Positions 40,490 to 50,488 of a stretch of DNA of 64,000 bases are shown here, one piece after another (the stretch's first letter is position 1; each line of letters starts with the position of its first letter). The notes beneath the pieces were generated by a model that worked only from the letters and a program-made list of their open reading frames with translations, searched no databases and had not been told where the DNA came from. A program made the translations under genes and the position numbers. Source of the DNA: Trueperaceae bacterium (GTDB lineage Bacteria > Deinococcota > Deinococci > Deinococcales > Trueperaceae); assembly GCA_965213925.1 (NCBI GenBank), contig OZ243927.1, positions 2,432,001-2,496,000 on the forward strand, read 5' to 3'.

Positions 40490-41335
40490 TTAGTAGCCGA
40501 AGCGCCCTAGCGTCCCCTCCACGCGCCGCACGTAACTCCCGCCGAAAAGCGTCACGTGGACGAGCAGCGGGTAGAGGTTGTAAAGATCGCAGCGCGTCTC
40601 AAATCCCTCGCGAATCCCCCTTAGCGCGTCGTAGCGCCTAAAGAACGTTTGCCCAAAGGTGTGGAAGAGGCTGATGTAGGCGAGTTCCATCTCACAGTCG
40701 GCGTAGTAGAGGGCGGGGTCTAAGATGCCGGTAATTTTATCCCCCTGCGCTAAGACGTTGCTGCTCCAAATGTCGCCGTGAATCAGGGAGGGGTGTGGGG
40801 GCTCATCTAGGAGGTCGCCCAGGTTTTGGGCTAATGCCTCGAGCCTATCCCCCAACCGCTCGGGCAAGTTACCGGACTGGAGCGCCAACCCCTTCATGTA
40901 GAGCAAGCGGTGCTCGCGGAAGAAGTCTACCCATGAGTCCGTCTGCGGATTAGGTTGCGACAGCGGACCGATGAGCGTGTCTCTCTCTAAACCGTACTGA
41001 CGGGCGCGCACCTCATGCAGTTCGGCAAAAAGTTCGGCGGCGTGGGCTTCGGCGCGTTGTAAGTTTTGCGGGCTGCCAGGGAGGTATTCCAACACTAAGA
41101 GCGTGTCCGAGCTGTGAATAACGTCGGGTACCGGAAGGGGACCGTGCTCTTTGAGGTAGGTGAGCATAAAGGACTCGAGCCGTAAATCCCCTTCATCATC
41201 TACTTTCGCCACGACCTGATCGTCAGAAAAATGCACACCGTATACCTCAGCGATGCAGCCGCCGCGCAACCGCTCGACCGACTGAAGCTCGGCACCTAAA
41301 ATCTCGCTGAGCTGCGCCCTCACCTCTTCTTTCAC
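40490..41335 (-). CDS. fructosamine kinase family protein
   Basis: GGCI, IGPLSQPN, PSLIHGDIWSSN, LDPA.YY...EMEL, YNLYPLLVH. Confidence 0.9.
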   Translation of the reverse strand: MKEEVRAQLSEILGAELQSVERLRGGCIAEVYGVHFSDDQVVAKVDDEGDLRLESFMLTYLKEHGPLPVPDVIHSSDTLLVLEYLPGSPQNLQRAEAHAAELFAELHEVRARQYGLERDTLIGPLSQPNPQTDSWVDFFREHRLLYMKGLALQSGNLPERLGDRLEALAQNLGDLLDEPPHPSLIHGDIWSSNVLAQGDKITGILDPALYYADCEMELAYISLFHTFGQTFFRRYDALRGIREGFETRCDLYNLYPLLVHVTLFGGSYVRRVEGTLGRFGY

Positions 41336-41817
41336 CCCTCGACCTCTTCGCGGATACGCGCCAAAAGCCCCTCGGACGCCGCTTCGACCATGTCCAAGAC
41401 GCGCTCGAAACCCTTGTCGCCGCCGTAGTAGGGGTCGGGTACGTCCTCTTTTTCTACGCCAGACACGTAGGAGAGGAACTTCTGCGCTTTAGAGCACTGA
41501 GGCTGGACGATCTGATAATTCGCTTCGTCCATCACCAGAACGTAGTCGAACGTTTCGCAGTCGTCCCCGGAGAACTGGCGGGCGCGTTGCTTGGAGAGGT
41601 CGTAGCCGCGCCCCTTAGCCGCTTCTTGCGCCCTCTTATCCGGTGGATGACCGACGTGATAGCCGTGCGTGCCAGCGGAGTCGATATAGACGTGTTCGCT
41701 CAAGCCTTCGCGCGCTACAAAGGCGCGAAAGACGCCCTCAGCGGTGGGGGAGCGGCAGATGTTGCCCGTGCAGACGAAGAGGACGGATACTTTGGAAGGG
41801 TTGTGTGACTGAGCCAT
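41332..41817 (-). CDS. low-molecular-weight protein-tyrosine phosphatase
   Basis: VCTGNICRSP, DSAGT, VPDPYYG. Confidence 0.93.
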   Translation of the reverse strand: MAQSHNPSKVSVLFVCTGNICRSPTAEGVFRAFVAREGLSEHVYIDSAGTHGYHVGHPPDKRAQEAAKGRGYDLSKQRARQFSGDDCETFDYVLVMDEANYQIVQPQCSKAQKFLSYVSGVEKEDVPDPYYGGDKGFERVLDMVEAASEGLLARIREEVEG

Positions 41818-41871
41818 TTGAGAGTCAACGTATCACGTCGCGCGCCCGCTTGACCTGAGTCTAATGCCTCA

Positions 41872-44073
41872 TCACGCCTTGAGTCCCGGCTTCGTCCGGT
41901 AGATGCGCTTGACATCGGTGATCCTCGAGACGTTGTCCTTAATGAAGTTGATCTCGCCCTGGTCGCGCACGTCCACGCGGAAGTGGATGCGGGCGTTCGC
42001 GCTGCTCTGCACGTCGGCGGAGACCCTCGAGGCGGACTTGTTCATGTTCGCAATGACGTCCAAGATATCCATGAGCAAGCCGGGGCGGTCTACGCCGACG
42101 ATCTCGAAGTCCACGGGGTAGACCTCACCCGAGGGCGCGTCCCAGGTGACGTTGACTAAACGTTCGCCTTCGGTGCGCAGCAGATGCTTGATGTTCGGGC
42201 AGTTGCAGCGGTGCACCGACACGCCGCGTCCGCGCGTGATGTAGCCGACCACGTCGTCGCCGCGCACGGGGCTGCAGCACTGGGCGAGCTTGGCGGGCGC
42301 GTCTAAGCCGTCGATGTAGATGCCGCCCGTGCCGCGTTTGGGTTGGAGGGGCGGCGCTTTGGTGTCGGCGACCTTCTTGAGCGTTTCAGGCGCTAAAACT
42401 TCGATGATCTGCTTTGTGCTGACGCGCTTGGCGCTCAGGGCTAAGAGGAGTTCGTCGGCGGAGTCCGCTTTGAGAAGTTTTTTGGCCGCAGCCTCGAGCT
42501 TGCCCTTCATCATGTGTTGCCCCACCGCGAGGTGACGGCGGCGCAGGGCGCGCTCCAAGGTACGGCGGCTCGCGTCGAGGACATCTTGCCGCTCCTGCTG
42601 GCGCGAATACTGGCGAATCTTCTGCTTGGCGCTCCGCGTCACGGCGATATTCAGCCAGTCCGCCGAGGGACCGTACTGGGCGCTCCGGTTCGTCAAAATC
42701 TCGACTCTGTCGCCCGTTTTGAGGGTGTAATTCAGCGGTACGATCTCGCCGTTGACCCGCGCCCCGATGCAGCGGTGCCCGACTTGGGTGTGGACCTGAT
42801 AGGCGAAGTCGATGGGTGTGGAGCCTACGGGCAAGTTCATCACGTCGCCCGCTGGGGTAAAGACCAATACACGCTCGCTCAAGAAGTCGCTCTTGACGGT
42901 GTCGATAAACGCGCCCGCGCTCTCCTCGGAGCTGTCCACGTCTAGGAGTTGCTTCATCCACTCGAGGCGCTTCTCGACCTCTTGCACGTCGCTGAGCCCC
43001 TGCTTGTACGCCCAGTGCGCCGCCACGCCGTACTCGGCGACCTCGTGCATCCGCTGGGTGCGAATCTGCACCTCGATGGGCTGACCCTGCAAGCCGATGA
43101 CGGTGGTGTGAAGCGACTGGTAGCCGTTGTGTTTGGGCACCGCGACGTAGTCCTTAAAGCGCCCTGGTATGGGCGTCCAGATGGAGTGGATGATGCCCAG
43201 CGCGCGGTAACAGACTGCTTTCTCTTGATCTTCGATACTCATGCCAGAGCCGTTCTTAGGAATGATAATCGCGCGGATCGCCATGAGGTCGAAGATTTGG
43301 TCCAAGTTTTTGCCGTCGCGCTGCATCTTGCGGTAGACGCTGTATAGACCCTTGCTGCGCCCGGAAACCTCGAAAGCTAAGCCCTCTCCCGCTAAGCGCT
43401 CCTCTAAAAGCTCGATAGAACGCTCGATATAGGCTTCGCGTTCGACGCGGCGCATCCGCACTTGGCGCTGCAACGCGCTGTAGGTGTCGGGCTCGAGGTA
43501 CGAAAACGACAGCTCCTCCAGCTCGCTCTTGATGTGGTTGATGCCCAAGCGGTGCGCGAGTGGCGCGAAGATTTCCAGGGTTTCTCGCGCGATGCGCTTT
43601 TGCTTGTGGGGCGGCATGAACTGGAGCGTGCGCATGTTGTGGAGCCGGTCGGCGAGTTTCACTAAGATAATGCGCACGTCGCTGACCATCGCCAGGAGCA
43701 TCTGCCGTAGGTTCTCGGCTTGCTCCTCTTCGAAGCCCTTGTCCGAGGTGACTTTGAGCTTGCTGATCTTCGTCTCACCTTCGACAATGCGCCGCACGGA
43801 GGGTCCGAAGCGCGTCTCGATGTCCTCGAAGGTCACGTCGGTGTCTTCGACCGTGTCGTGCAATAAGCCTGCGATGAGCGCGTCCGCGTCTAAGTACATC
43901 TCCGCTAAGAGTTCGGTCACGGCGACCGGATGCGCGATGAAAGGGTCGCCGGACTTGCGCACCATGCCGTCGTGGGCACGCTCCGCCAACGTATAAGCGT
44001 CAGCGAGCTGCGCCTGCGCGTTTTGGTCCAGGTAGCTCGTTTTGGCTTGAAGGGGTCTGAAGAGGGCGTTCAT
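41872..44073 (-). CDS. relA: bifunctional (p)ppGpp synthetase/hydrolase RelA/SpoT
   Basis: LLHDTVED, KLADRLHNMRTL, RFKDY, YQSLHT, EVQIRT, TGS, CC.P..GD, ACT. Confidence 0.95.
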   Translation of the reverse strand: MNALFRPLQAKTSYLDQNAQAQLADAYTLAERAHDGMVRKSGDPFIAHPVAVTELLAEMYLDADALIAGLLHDTVEDTDVTFEDIETRFGPSVRRIVEGETKISKLKVTSDKGFEEEQAENLRQMLLAMVSDVRIILVKLADRLHNMRTLQFMPPHKQKRIARETLEIFAPLAHRLGINHIKSELEELSFSYLEPDTYSALQRQVRMRRVEREAYIERSIELLEERLAGEGLAFEVSGRSKGLYSVYRKMQRDGKNLDQIFDLMAIRAIIIPKNGSGMSIEDQEKAVCYRALGIIHSIWTPIPGRFKDYVAVPKHNGYQSLHTTVIGLQGQPIEVQIRTQRMHEVAEYGVAAHWAYKQGLSDVQEVEKRLEWMKQLLDVDSSEESAGAFIDTVKSDFLSERVLVFTPAGDVMNLPVGSTPIDFAYQVHTQVGHRCIGARVNGEIVPLNYTLKTGDRVEILTNRSAQYGPSADWLNIAVTRSAKQKIRQYSRQQERQDVLDASRRTLERALRRRHLAVGQHMMKGKLEAAAKKLLKADSADELLLALSAKRVSTKQIIEVLAPETLKKVADTKAPPLQPKRGTGGIYIDGLDAPAKLAQCCSPVRGDDVVGYITRGRGVSVHRCNCPNIKHLLRTEGERLVNVTWDAPSGEVYPVDFEIVGVDRPGLLMDILDVIANMNKSASRVSADVQSSANARIHFRVDVRDQGEINFIKDNVSRITDVKRIYRTKPGLKA

Positions 44074-44152
44074 GTACTCTATTTAATCTAGCACGGCAAC
44101 CCCACCTAAAGTGTAAAGCTTGCTAGAGGTGTTGCGGCGAAGTGAACGCGGC

Positions 44153-44327
44153 TCAAAGATCCGCGCTAAGCTCGACGTTTTCAAACAGCGCAGGTCCGCA
44201 ACGTTTGACCGTGCGCTCAGCGATTTCGGTGATTTCTAGCTCGTGGGAGACCGGCTCAGAAATGCGGACGAGTTCGCCGCGCTCTTCTACAGCAATGAAG
44301 CTTTGGAGATTTGAGTACGTGTCTCAT
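44153..44327 (-). pseudogene. UbiD-family decarboxylase N-terminal remnant
   Basis: YSNLQSFI..EERGELVRISEPVSHELEITEIAER.VK..GPALFENV then stop. Confidence 0.75.
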
Positions 44328-44607
44328 GGTACTCGGGTGCTTTCTTTCACTTGCGGTGATGGGGTACAAATTGCGGTTTTTCTGCGCTTAGTTCAAACCT
44401 GCCCTCGCGGTCTTCGCTTAGGATGGTTTCGCTCGAGAGCGTATGTTTTCCTGTCGCAACACTTTCTTGCAGCTTCGCAAGTTCTTCAGCCCAGCGTTTC
44501 ATATCCAGCTTGCCGCCATCTTGTTCCGCCCTGGTCACGCTGCTATTCTAGCGTTTTCGCAGACATTCAACCCGAAACATACTTTCTTTCGAGGTACAAT
44601 AGTAACA

Positions 44608-45174
44608 GTGAAGCCCCGAAGCATAATTTCTCGCTGCTGTAATCTGCTGCTTTTCTTGTTCTTTACCTCTTTGCTCTCGAGTTGCAGCCCCTACCCCAGC
44701 GACGAACGAATGATAGCTGAGTTTTACAACAACGAAGCCGAGTTAAAAGCGCTATTTGAGCAGGTAAAGGTGTGGGAAACGCGAAGTTGGATAACACCAG
44801 CGAACGCCAAGAGATTGAGTAGTTACGTCCCGCCTCTCAGCGAGGCGCAAGCAGAAGAGATACAGACGCAAATGGCGGACTTAAGTGTTTACGCTATGAT
44901 TGCAGAACCGAAACTCGGGTATGAGCGCAACGCCTTTGGTCTTTATATGAAAACAGAACCGTATCACCGCGATGAAGCGGTATTTAATCCTTTTGGACAT
45001 GGCAAGGGCTACGCCTACCTCGAAAAGCCTCTACCGTCGGCTTCCTGCGTGTTCGACAAAAACTTAAACCGCATTGACGATTCAGCAGATGCAAGAAAAA
45101 AATGCTCGGGTCTTATCTACTGGCCCATCGAAGACAACTGGTATCTCTTCTTACAAGGTTCGGAGTCCTCTTAG
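44608..45174 (+). CDS. hypothetical lipoprotein
   Basis: lipobox LLSSC after a hydrophobic run; TACAAT 7 nt before GTG; lower GC than neighbours. Confidence 0.7.
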   Translation: MKPRSIISRCCNLLLFLFFTSLLSSCSPYPSDERMIAEFYNNEAELKALFEQVKVWETRSWITPANAKRLSSYVPPLSEAQAEEIQTQMADLSVYAMIAEPKLGYERNAFGLYMKTEPYHRDEAVFNPFGHGKGYAYLEKPLPSASCVFDKNLNRIDDSADARKKCSGLIYWPIEDNWYLFLQGSESS

Positions 45175-45255
45175 AGTAGTTCCGTTTAAGTCGATGAGAT
45201 ACTCGGCTGAGAGGTCGGCAAGTGGATAAATGAGAATTCACGGTAGACTAACGCC

Positions 45256-45360
45256 GTGAACCCTCCTCTCATCCTCGCCAGCGCCTCCCCACGCTGCCGA
45301 GACCTCTTACAAACTTAGGCTTGACCTTCAACGTGGTGGGGCTCAGCGTGGCGAATTTGC
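45256..45360 (+). pseudogene. Maf-family protein N-terminal remnant
   Basis: LILASASPR.RDLL then, after a frameshift, LGLTFNV; TAGACT 6 nt before GTG. Confidence 0.7.
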
Positions 45361-45365
45361 CCGAG

Positions 45366-45566
45366 CTAGTTGAAGAGGTGGGCGTAGAACTTATCTGATT
45401 GGCTATCCTCCATCGGCTTATTCAGCCAAGCCTCAGCCTCTTTTTGCATCGCTTCCGACGCCGCGTAGTCAGCGGCAAACTGTTCGTAACCAGAAATAAG
45501 GTCTTGCTTCTTGAGAGCCTCGTCATCTTTAACACTAAAGTTTTTCTTGTCGGGCATAACGTTCAT
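45366..45566 (-). CDS. small acidic hypothetical protein, possibly an orphan antitoxin
   Basis: 66-aa ORF directly after the permease; L..GY..FA.D....KEAEAW pattern. Confidence 0.4.
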   Translation of the reverse strand: MNVMPDKKNFSVKDDEALKKQDLISGYEQFAADYAASEAMQKEAEAWLNKPMEDSQSDKFYAHLFN

Positions 45567-45575
45567 CTTAACGGC

Positions 45576-46382
45576 TCAGCGCCCTTTAGGGTCTAAATAG
45601 TCCCTAAGTCCATCCCCCAACAGACTCCACCCCAAGACCGTCATCACAATCGCCAAGCCCGGCACGAGCACCGGATACGGGCTAAACGCGATAAACCCCT
45701 GCGCCTCGCGCAGCATGTTGCCCCAACTCGGCGTGCGCGGCGGCGTGCCGAGCCCTAAGAAGCTGAGCGCCGCTTCTGCCAAGACTGCGACAGCTAAGCT
45801 GAGACTCGCCTGCACGATGATGGGGGAGAGGGTACTCGGCAACACGTGGCGCAAGAGGACGCGGGGACCGCTCGCCCCTAGCGCCCGCCCCGCCTCCACA
45901 AAGTCCTGATTTTTCACCGACAGGACCGACGAGCGCATGAGCCGGGCAAAAAGAGGGGTGCTGGCGATGCCGATGGCGATCATCGCGGTGAGCGTGCCTT
46001 CGCCGTAGATCGCCGCGAGTAGGAGTGCCATGAGGATGGCGGGGAAGGCGTAAAAGACGTCCACGAGACGCATCAAGACCTCATCTAACCAGCCGCCGAA
46101 GTAGCCCGAAAGTGCGCCGATGGTGCAGCCGAGCGTGAGGGCGATGCCGACTGCGACGACGCCGACGAAGAGGGTTAATCTCGAGCCCACCAACACCCGG
46201 CTCAAGAGGTCGCGCCCGAAGTCGTCCGTGCCTAAGAGGTGTTCGGCGCTAGGCGGGGCGAAGCGAGCAGAAAAGTCCATCGCGTTGGGGTCGTGAGGGA
46301 GCCACACGAAGCTGAGGAGCGCCGCCGAAATGACGATGGTAACTAGGATGCTACCGAGGATGAGGTTAGCGTGGCGCATCAA
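45576..46382 (-). CDS. peptide ABC transporter permease (DppC-like)
   Basis: LGTDDFGRD, AEAALSFLGLG, LGDGLRD.LDP. Confidence 0.92.
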   Translation of the reverse strand: MMRHANLILGSILVTIVISAALLSFVWLPHDPNAMDFSARFAPPSAEHLLGTDDFGRDLLSRVLVGSRLTLFVGVVAVGIALTLGCTIGALSGYFGGWLDEVLMRLVDVFYAFPAILMALLLAAIYGEGTLTAMIAIGIASTPLFARLMRSSVLSVKNQDFVEAGRALGASGPRVLLRHVLPSTLSPIIVQASLSLAVAVLAEAALSFLGLGTPPRTPSWGNMLREAQGFIAFSPYPVLVPGLAIVMTVLGWSLLGDGLRDYLDPKGR

Positions 46383-46429
46383 GTTATAGAGAAAAGGACT
46401 GAGAGAAAAGAGAAAAGTAAAATCATAAA

Positions 46430-46484
46430 CTGTTAGCTGTTGGAAGGCTTTTAGCTAAAAGCTAACGGCTAATCGCTAACAGCT
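46430..46484. repeat. heptamer (GCTAANN) tandem and inverted repeat
   Basis: ctgttag ctgttgg ... gctaaaa gctaacg gctaatc gctaaca. Confidence 0.7.
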
Positions 46485-46524
46485 TCTCACCTTGCTCTAG
46501 CATACCTCTTCACACCTAAGCAAG

Positions 46525-47469
46525 TCAGCTATACCTTATTCTCGGGTCGAGCAGCCCGTAACTCACATCAACCAAAAAGCTTAAAAAGACGATCGCGCTA
46601 GCGTAGAGGAGAATTTCGCCTTGGAGGAGGGGAAAATCCCTTGTGCTGATGGCGGTTAGGACGAGCTGTCCGAGCCCCGGTAGTGAAAAGACCTGTTCGA
46701 TGACGATAGCGCCGACTAAGAGCTGCGAGAGGCTGAGCCCGATCACGGTGATGAGGGTGACGAGGGCGTTACGTAGGGCGTGTTTGGTCAACACGCGGCG
46801 TGTGGGGAGACCTTTGGCTTTGGCGGTGCGAATGTAGTCTAGGGAGAGGGTCTCGAGCATCGCTGCTCTAGTCATCCTCGTGAGAACGGCGGCTTGCCCG
46901 AGCCCTAACGCGATGATAGGGAGTGTCAGACTTCTCAGGGTGCCGAGCAAGTTTCGTTCTGGCGGCACGTAACCGCCCGAAGGAAGCCAGCCTAATTCGA
47001 CACTAAAAAGTAAAATGAACATGAGCCCGAGCCAAAAGGAGGGAATCGCTGCGCCGAGTTGCGAGACGACGGAGATAAAGAGGTCGAGCCCCGTTCCGCG
47101 CCTCACTGCCGCCGTAATGCCGAGAGGTAGCGCGATGACGATGGCGAGTAAAATCGCGCCGAGGGCTAAGGGAATAGACACCTTTAGGCGGGCGATAAGA
47201 AGGGACGCGACGCTTTGGCGGTAGTTGAGCGATTCACCGAAGTCGCCGCGCAGAATGCCGGTGAACCAACCGAAAAAGCGTGTGACGGGAGGTTCATTCA
47301 GTCCGAGTTGGTCGCGCAGCGTCGCTAAAGATTGCGGGCTCGCGTTGATGCCTAAAATCACCTGTGCGGGGTCGCCCGGCACGAGGAGCAAGGCGGAAAA
47401 GACGAGGAGCGCCGCCAGAAAGATGCTGAGGAGCGCACCCAAAAAGCGGCGGAGAAGAAAGGCGAGCAT
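46525..47469 (-). CDS. peptide ABC transporter permease (DppB-like)
   Basis: PGDPA, IPSFWLG, YIRTAKAKGL, LDPRIRY. Confidence 0.92.
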   Translation of the reverse strand: MLAFLLRRFLGALLSIFLAALLVFSALLLVPGDPAQVILGINASPQSLATLRDQLGLNEPPVTRFFGWFTGILRGDFGESLNYRQSVASLLIARLKVSIPLALGAILLAIVIALPLGITAAVRRGTGLDLFISVVSQLGAAIPSFWLGLMFILLFSVELGWLPSGGYVPPERNLLGTLRSLTLPIIALGLGQAAVLTRMTRAAMLETLSLDYIRTAKAKGLPTRRVLTKHALRNALVTLITVIGLSLSQLLVGAIVIEQVFSLPGLGQLVLTAISTRDFPLLQGEILLYASAIVFLSFLVDVSYGLLDPRIRYS

Positions 47470-47571
47470 GTCAGTTAGGAGATCAAAAGAGAGCGGCGGG
47501 GAATAACCGAGTCAGTTGAATCGAAGAAGACAGAATGAGGAAGGGCGAACGAGGAAGTGCGTTCAGATTCC

Positions 47572-47684
47572 GGTAGTGGGTTCAAGTCGAATGCCGACGT
47601 GTACTTCTTGCGCCGTTTCCGTATAAACAAGGGGTTGCAACCCCTTGTTCCAACCTCTGCATCATTCCGAATAGAGCCGCTACT
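47572..47684. mobile_element. 113-bp MITE, copy 2 (IS1-like ends)
   Basis: ends GGTAGTGG and CCGCTACT, 8-bp direct repeat CAGATTCC at 47564-47571 and 47685-47692, internal aacaaggggttgcaaccccttgtt. Confidence 0.85.
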
Positions 47685-47736
47685 CAGATTCCTCTTACGT
47701 TCTGTCTTCTCCATCCCCCCAAACACCCAATCCCCC

Positions 47737-49236
47737 TCACTCAGCCTTATACACTTCCGTCATGTCAATCGACACAATCGGCTGGTCCGTCCAGAAGCCG
47801 TACAGATTTTGCCGCGTAGCGATGAGCGAATCTGGGTTGAAAATCCAGACCGAGGCGGCGTCGTCCGCGATGGTGCGGGCGACTTCCTGGTAAAGCGTGT
47901 TGCGCTCCTCTTCGCTGGTGGCGCTTTCAGCTTGTTGAACTAAGTCTTGCACCTCGGGGTTGTCGTAGCCGAAGTAGTAGTCGGGGTTCGCGTAGACGCC
48001 GATGTCGCGCGGCTCGGAGTGCCCGATGATGGTCATGTCGTAGTCGCGGTTGGAGAAGATGCGCTCCAACCAGGTCGTCCACTCCACGACGCTCAAATCC
48101 ACCTCGATGCCTGCTTCGCTAAGCTGCTGCGCAATGACCTCTCCGGCGCGGCGTTCGATGTTGTAGGGCTCGGGGAGTTCGAAGCTGACCTGCAGACCGT
48201 CGCCGTAACCCGCTTCCTCGAGGAGCCGCTGCGCCTCTTCGGGGTCGTAGGGGTACGGGTCCACGTCCACAAAATAAGGCTCGATGGGGCTCGCAAAGGT
48301 GCTGATGGCGGTGCCGAAACCGAAGTTCGCGCCCTCCACGATGACGCTCTTGTCAATGGCGTGAGAGATGGCTTGGCGTACGAGGGGGTCATCGAAAGGC
48401 TCCCGCGTGCCGTTGAGCGCGACGGTGATTTCCGTAGTGTTGCTCCCCGTCGAGAGTTTGAGGTCGGGGTTGTTCTCGGCTTGGATGGCGCTTTCGGGGG
48501 GCAGCGCGACGCCGATCATGTCGATGTCGCCGGCTTGCAAGGCAGCGAACCGGGCGTTGGCGTCGGTGATGATGCGAAACGCGACGGCGTCTAAATAGGG
48601 AATCTCAGGGAGGTAGTAGTCCTCAAACTTCTCCAAGCGGATTTGGCTTCCCGGAATCCATTCGACGAAGCGGAAGGGTCCGGTGCCGACGGGGTTGTTG
48701 CGCTGCGTCTCGGCTGTGCCAGCGGGGTAGATGATGGAATCGGCGCGTGCAAGGTTGAAAAGTAGCCCCGAAGTCGGCTCACTGAGCGTCAACGTGACTT
48801 GGTTGCCCTCGGCGCTTACCTCTTCGATGGCTTCGTAGTATTCGGGGTGCGGATGACCGGACTCGGGGTTCGTAAAGCGTTCGAACTGCGCCAACACGTC
48901 CTCCGCCGTCAAGTCGCTGCCGTCGTGAAATTTGACGCCTTCGCGCAGCGTAAATGTCCAGGTCAGACCGTCTTCTGAGACCTCATAGGATTCGGCTAGC
49001 GCCGGGACGATGTCGCCGCTCTGGTCCACGCGCACTAAGCCCTCGTAGACGTTGTGGTACATGACCCTCGAGATTTCCTGCGAGGGCGAGACCGTCGGGT
49101 CCCAGCCGGGCGGCTCAGCGGCGATGGAGACGACGGCTTCACCGCCGGGGGTGGGCGGGGGTGCGTCCTGTGGGTCGTCCTGCGCAAACGTGAAACCTAG
49201 CGAAAGGCAGAGGAGGAGCAACGTGAGTTTCTTCAT
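47737..49236 (-). CDS. ABC transporter family-5 substrate-binding protein
   Basis: signal peptide, YEGLV, LREGVKFHDG, PVGTGPF, VRQAISHAIDK. Confidence 0.93.
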   Translation of the reverse strand: MKKLTLLLLCLSLGFTFAQDDPQDAPPPTPGGEAVVSIAAEPPGWDPTVSPSQEISRVMYHNVYEGLVRVDQSGDIVPALAESYEVSEDGLTWTFTLREGVKFHDGSDLTAEDVLAQFERFTNPESGHPHPEYYEAIEEVSAEGNQVTLTLSEPTSGLLFNLARADSIIYPAGTAETQRNNPVGTGPFRFVEWIPGSQIRLEKFEDYYLPEIPYLDAVAFRIITDANARFAALQAGDIDMIGVALPPESAIQAENNPDLKLSTGSNTTEITVALNGTREPFDDPLVRQAISHAIDKSVIVEGANFGFGTAISTFASPIEPYFVDVDPYPYDPEEAQRLLEEAGYGDGLQVSFELPEPYNIERRAGEVIAQQLSEAGIEVDLSVVEWTTWLERIFSNRDYDMTIIGHSEPRDIGVYANPDYYFGYDNPEVQDLVQQAESATSEEERNTLYQEVARTIADDAASVWIFNPDSLIATRQNLYGFWTDQPIVSIDMTEVYKAE

Positions 49237-49240
49237 AGGG

Positions 49241-50488
49241 TCATTCTACCGCGTTCTCAATCAGAAAGGTGACGGCGCTCGCCGCGTAGAGCTTCGCTGC
49301 CTTCATGATTTCTTCAACCTCGACAAACTCGTCGCGCTGATGCGGGATGGTGCGCCCTCCCGGTCCTACCGTGACGATGGGGACGCCCGCGAGGTGTAAG
49401 AAGGTACCGTCGGTTGCGCCGGGAACGCCGCCGTATTGGGGTGCGCTCTCCATAACGAGGGGATAGGCTCGCTCCAGCGCCTTAACGAGCGGGTCGTCTT
49501 CGGGCGTTTGGGTGGCGGGGCGCGATTCGAAGAGGTCCACGGTGATGCCTAGGCGTGAATCTCTCTGGCTGACCTCTTGTGCGATGTTGCGCAGTTTGTT
49601 CAAGAGGTCGTCGTGGTCTTGCCCCGGCAGCGTGCGGATATCGAGCGCTAAGGAGGCGCGTTCGGGCATGACGTTGAGTTGCGCCTCGCCGCTCGTAGGT
49701 GCGTTTAGAATCGTCGGGGTGAACCAGGGGAGACCCAAGTGGGGGTGCTCGCCCCAGCGGGACTGCTCGAGCCCCTCCAATTCCTCCACCTTCCCGATGA
49801 TTTCTGCTAACGCCGTAATCGGGTTGACGCCCGCGTAGGGCATCGCGCCGTGCGCCATGACGCCCGCCACCTCGATGGTGACGCGCATCGCACCTTTTTG
49901 AAAGAGGCATAATTCGTTCTCTTCGGGTTCACAGACGATGGCACCGTCCACCTCTTGCGCCCAACCCCGCGCGACGAAGTGCTTGATGCCCGCCATCATG
50001 CCCTCTTCGTCCACGACGAAGCTCAGGCGGATGCGCCCGGCTAAATCCGGGGCGGTCCGCCTCACCGCGTCCAGCGCGCAAATCGCTGCCGCGACACCCG
50101 CTTTCATGTCGGCTGCGCCGCGTCCGTAGAGGCGTCCCTCTACAAGTTGCGCACCGAAAGGGGGATAGGTCCACCCTTCAGGATTGCCTTCCGTCACCAC
50201 GTCGGTGTGCCCTTCGAACATCAGCGTTTTGTGTTTTTCTGGCTGGAAGTGAGTACCCTGCCAGTCGCAGATGAGGTTGGGGCGTCCGGGGATGACCTCT
50301 TCTAAAATAGGTCCTAGTTCCATCTCCCGCAGCACGTTGGCAAGGTAGAGCGCCACGCCCTGCTCGCTGCCGCCCGTATTCGGTTCGATGACGCTGCGGA
50401 TGCGCACGAGTTCTTGGGTGAGCGTGACGACACGTTTGAGGTCGACGGCGTCGGCGGCGCGTCGGGCTAAAGAGGTTGCGTCCACCAT
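49241..50488 (-). CDS. M20 metallopeptidase (ArgE/DapE family)
   Basis: GHTDVV, GRGAADMK, DEE, CEP, GATDG, HQRDE. Confidence 0.9.
   Translation of the reverse strand: MVDATSLARRAADAVDLKRVVTLTQELVRIRSVIEPNTGGSEQGVALYLANVLREMELGPILEEVIPGRPNLICDWQGTHFQPEKHKTLMFEGHTDVVTEGNPEGWTYPPFGAQLVEGRLYGRGAADMKAGVAAAICALDAVRRTAPDLAGRIRLSFVVDEEGMMAGIKHFVARGWAQEVDGAIVCEPEENELCLFQKGAMRVTIEVAGVMAHGAMPYAGVNPITALAEIIGKVEELEGLEQSRWGEHPHLGLPWFTPTILNAPTSGEAQLNVMPERASLALDIRTLPGQDHDDLLNKLRNIAQEVSQRDSRLGITVDLFESRPATQTPEDDPLVKALERAYPLVMESAPQYGGVPGATDGTFLHLAGVPIVTVGPGGRTIPHQRDEFVEVEEIMKAAKLYAASAVTFLIENAVE

Noticed and set aside
31150..49236. Two peptide ABC loci lacking ATPase genes
   Set aside because: Common arrangement; ATPases are often encoded elsewhere and shared.
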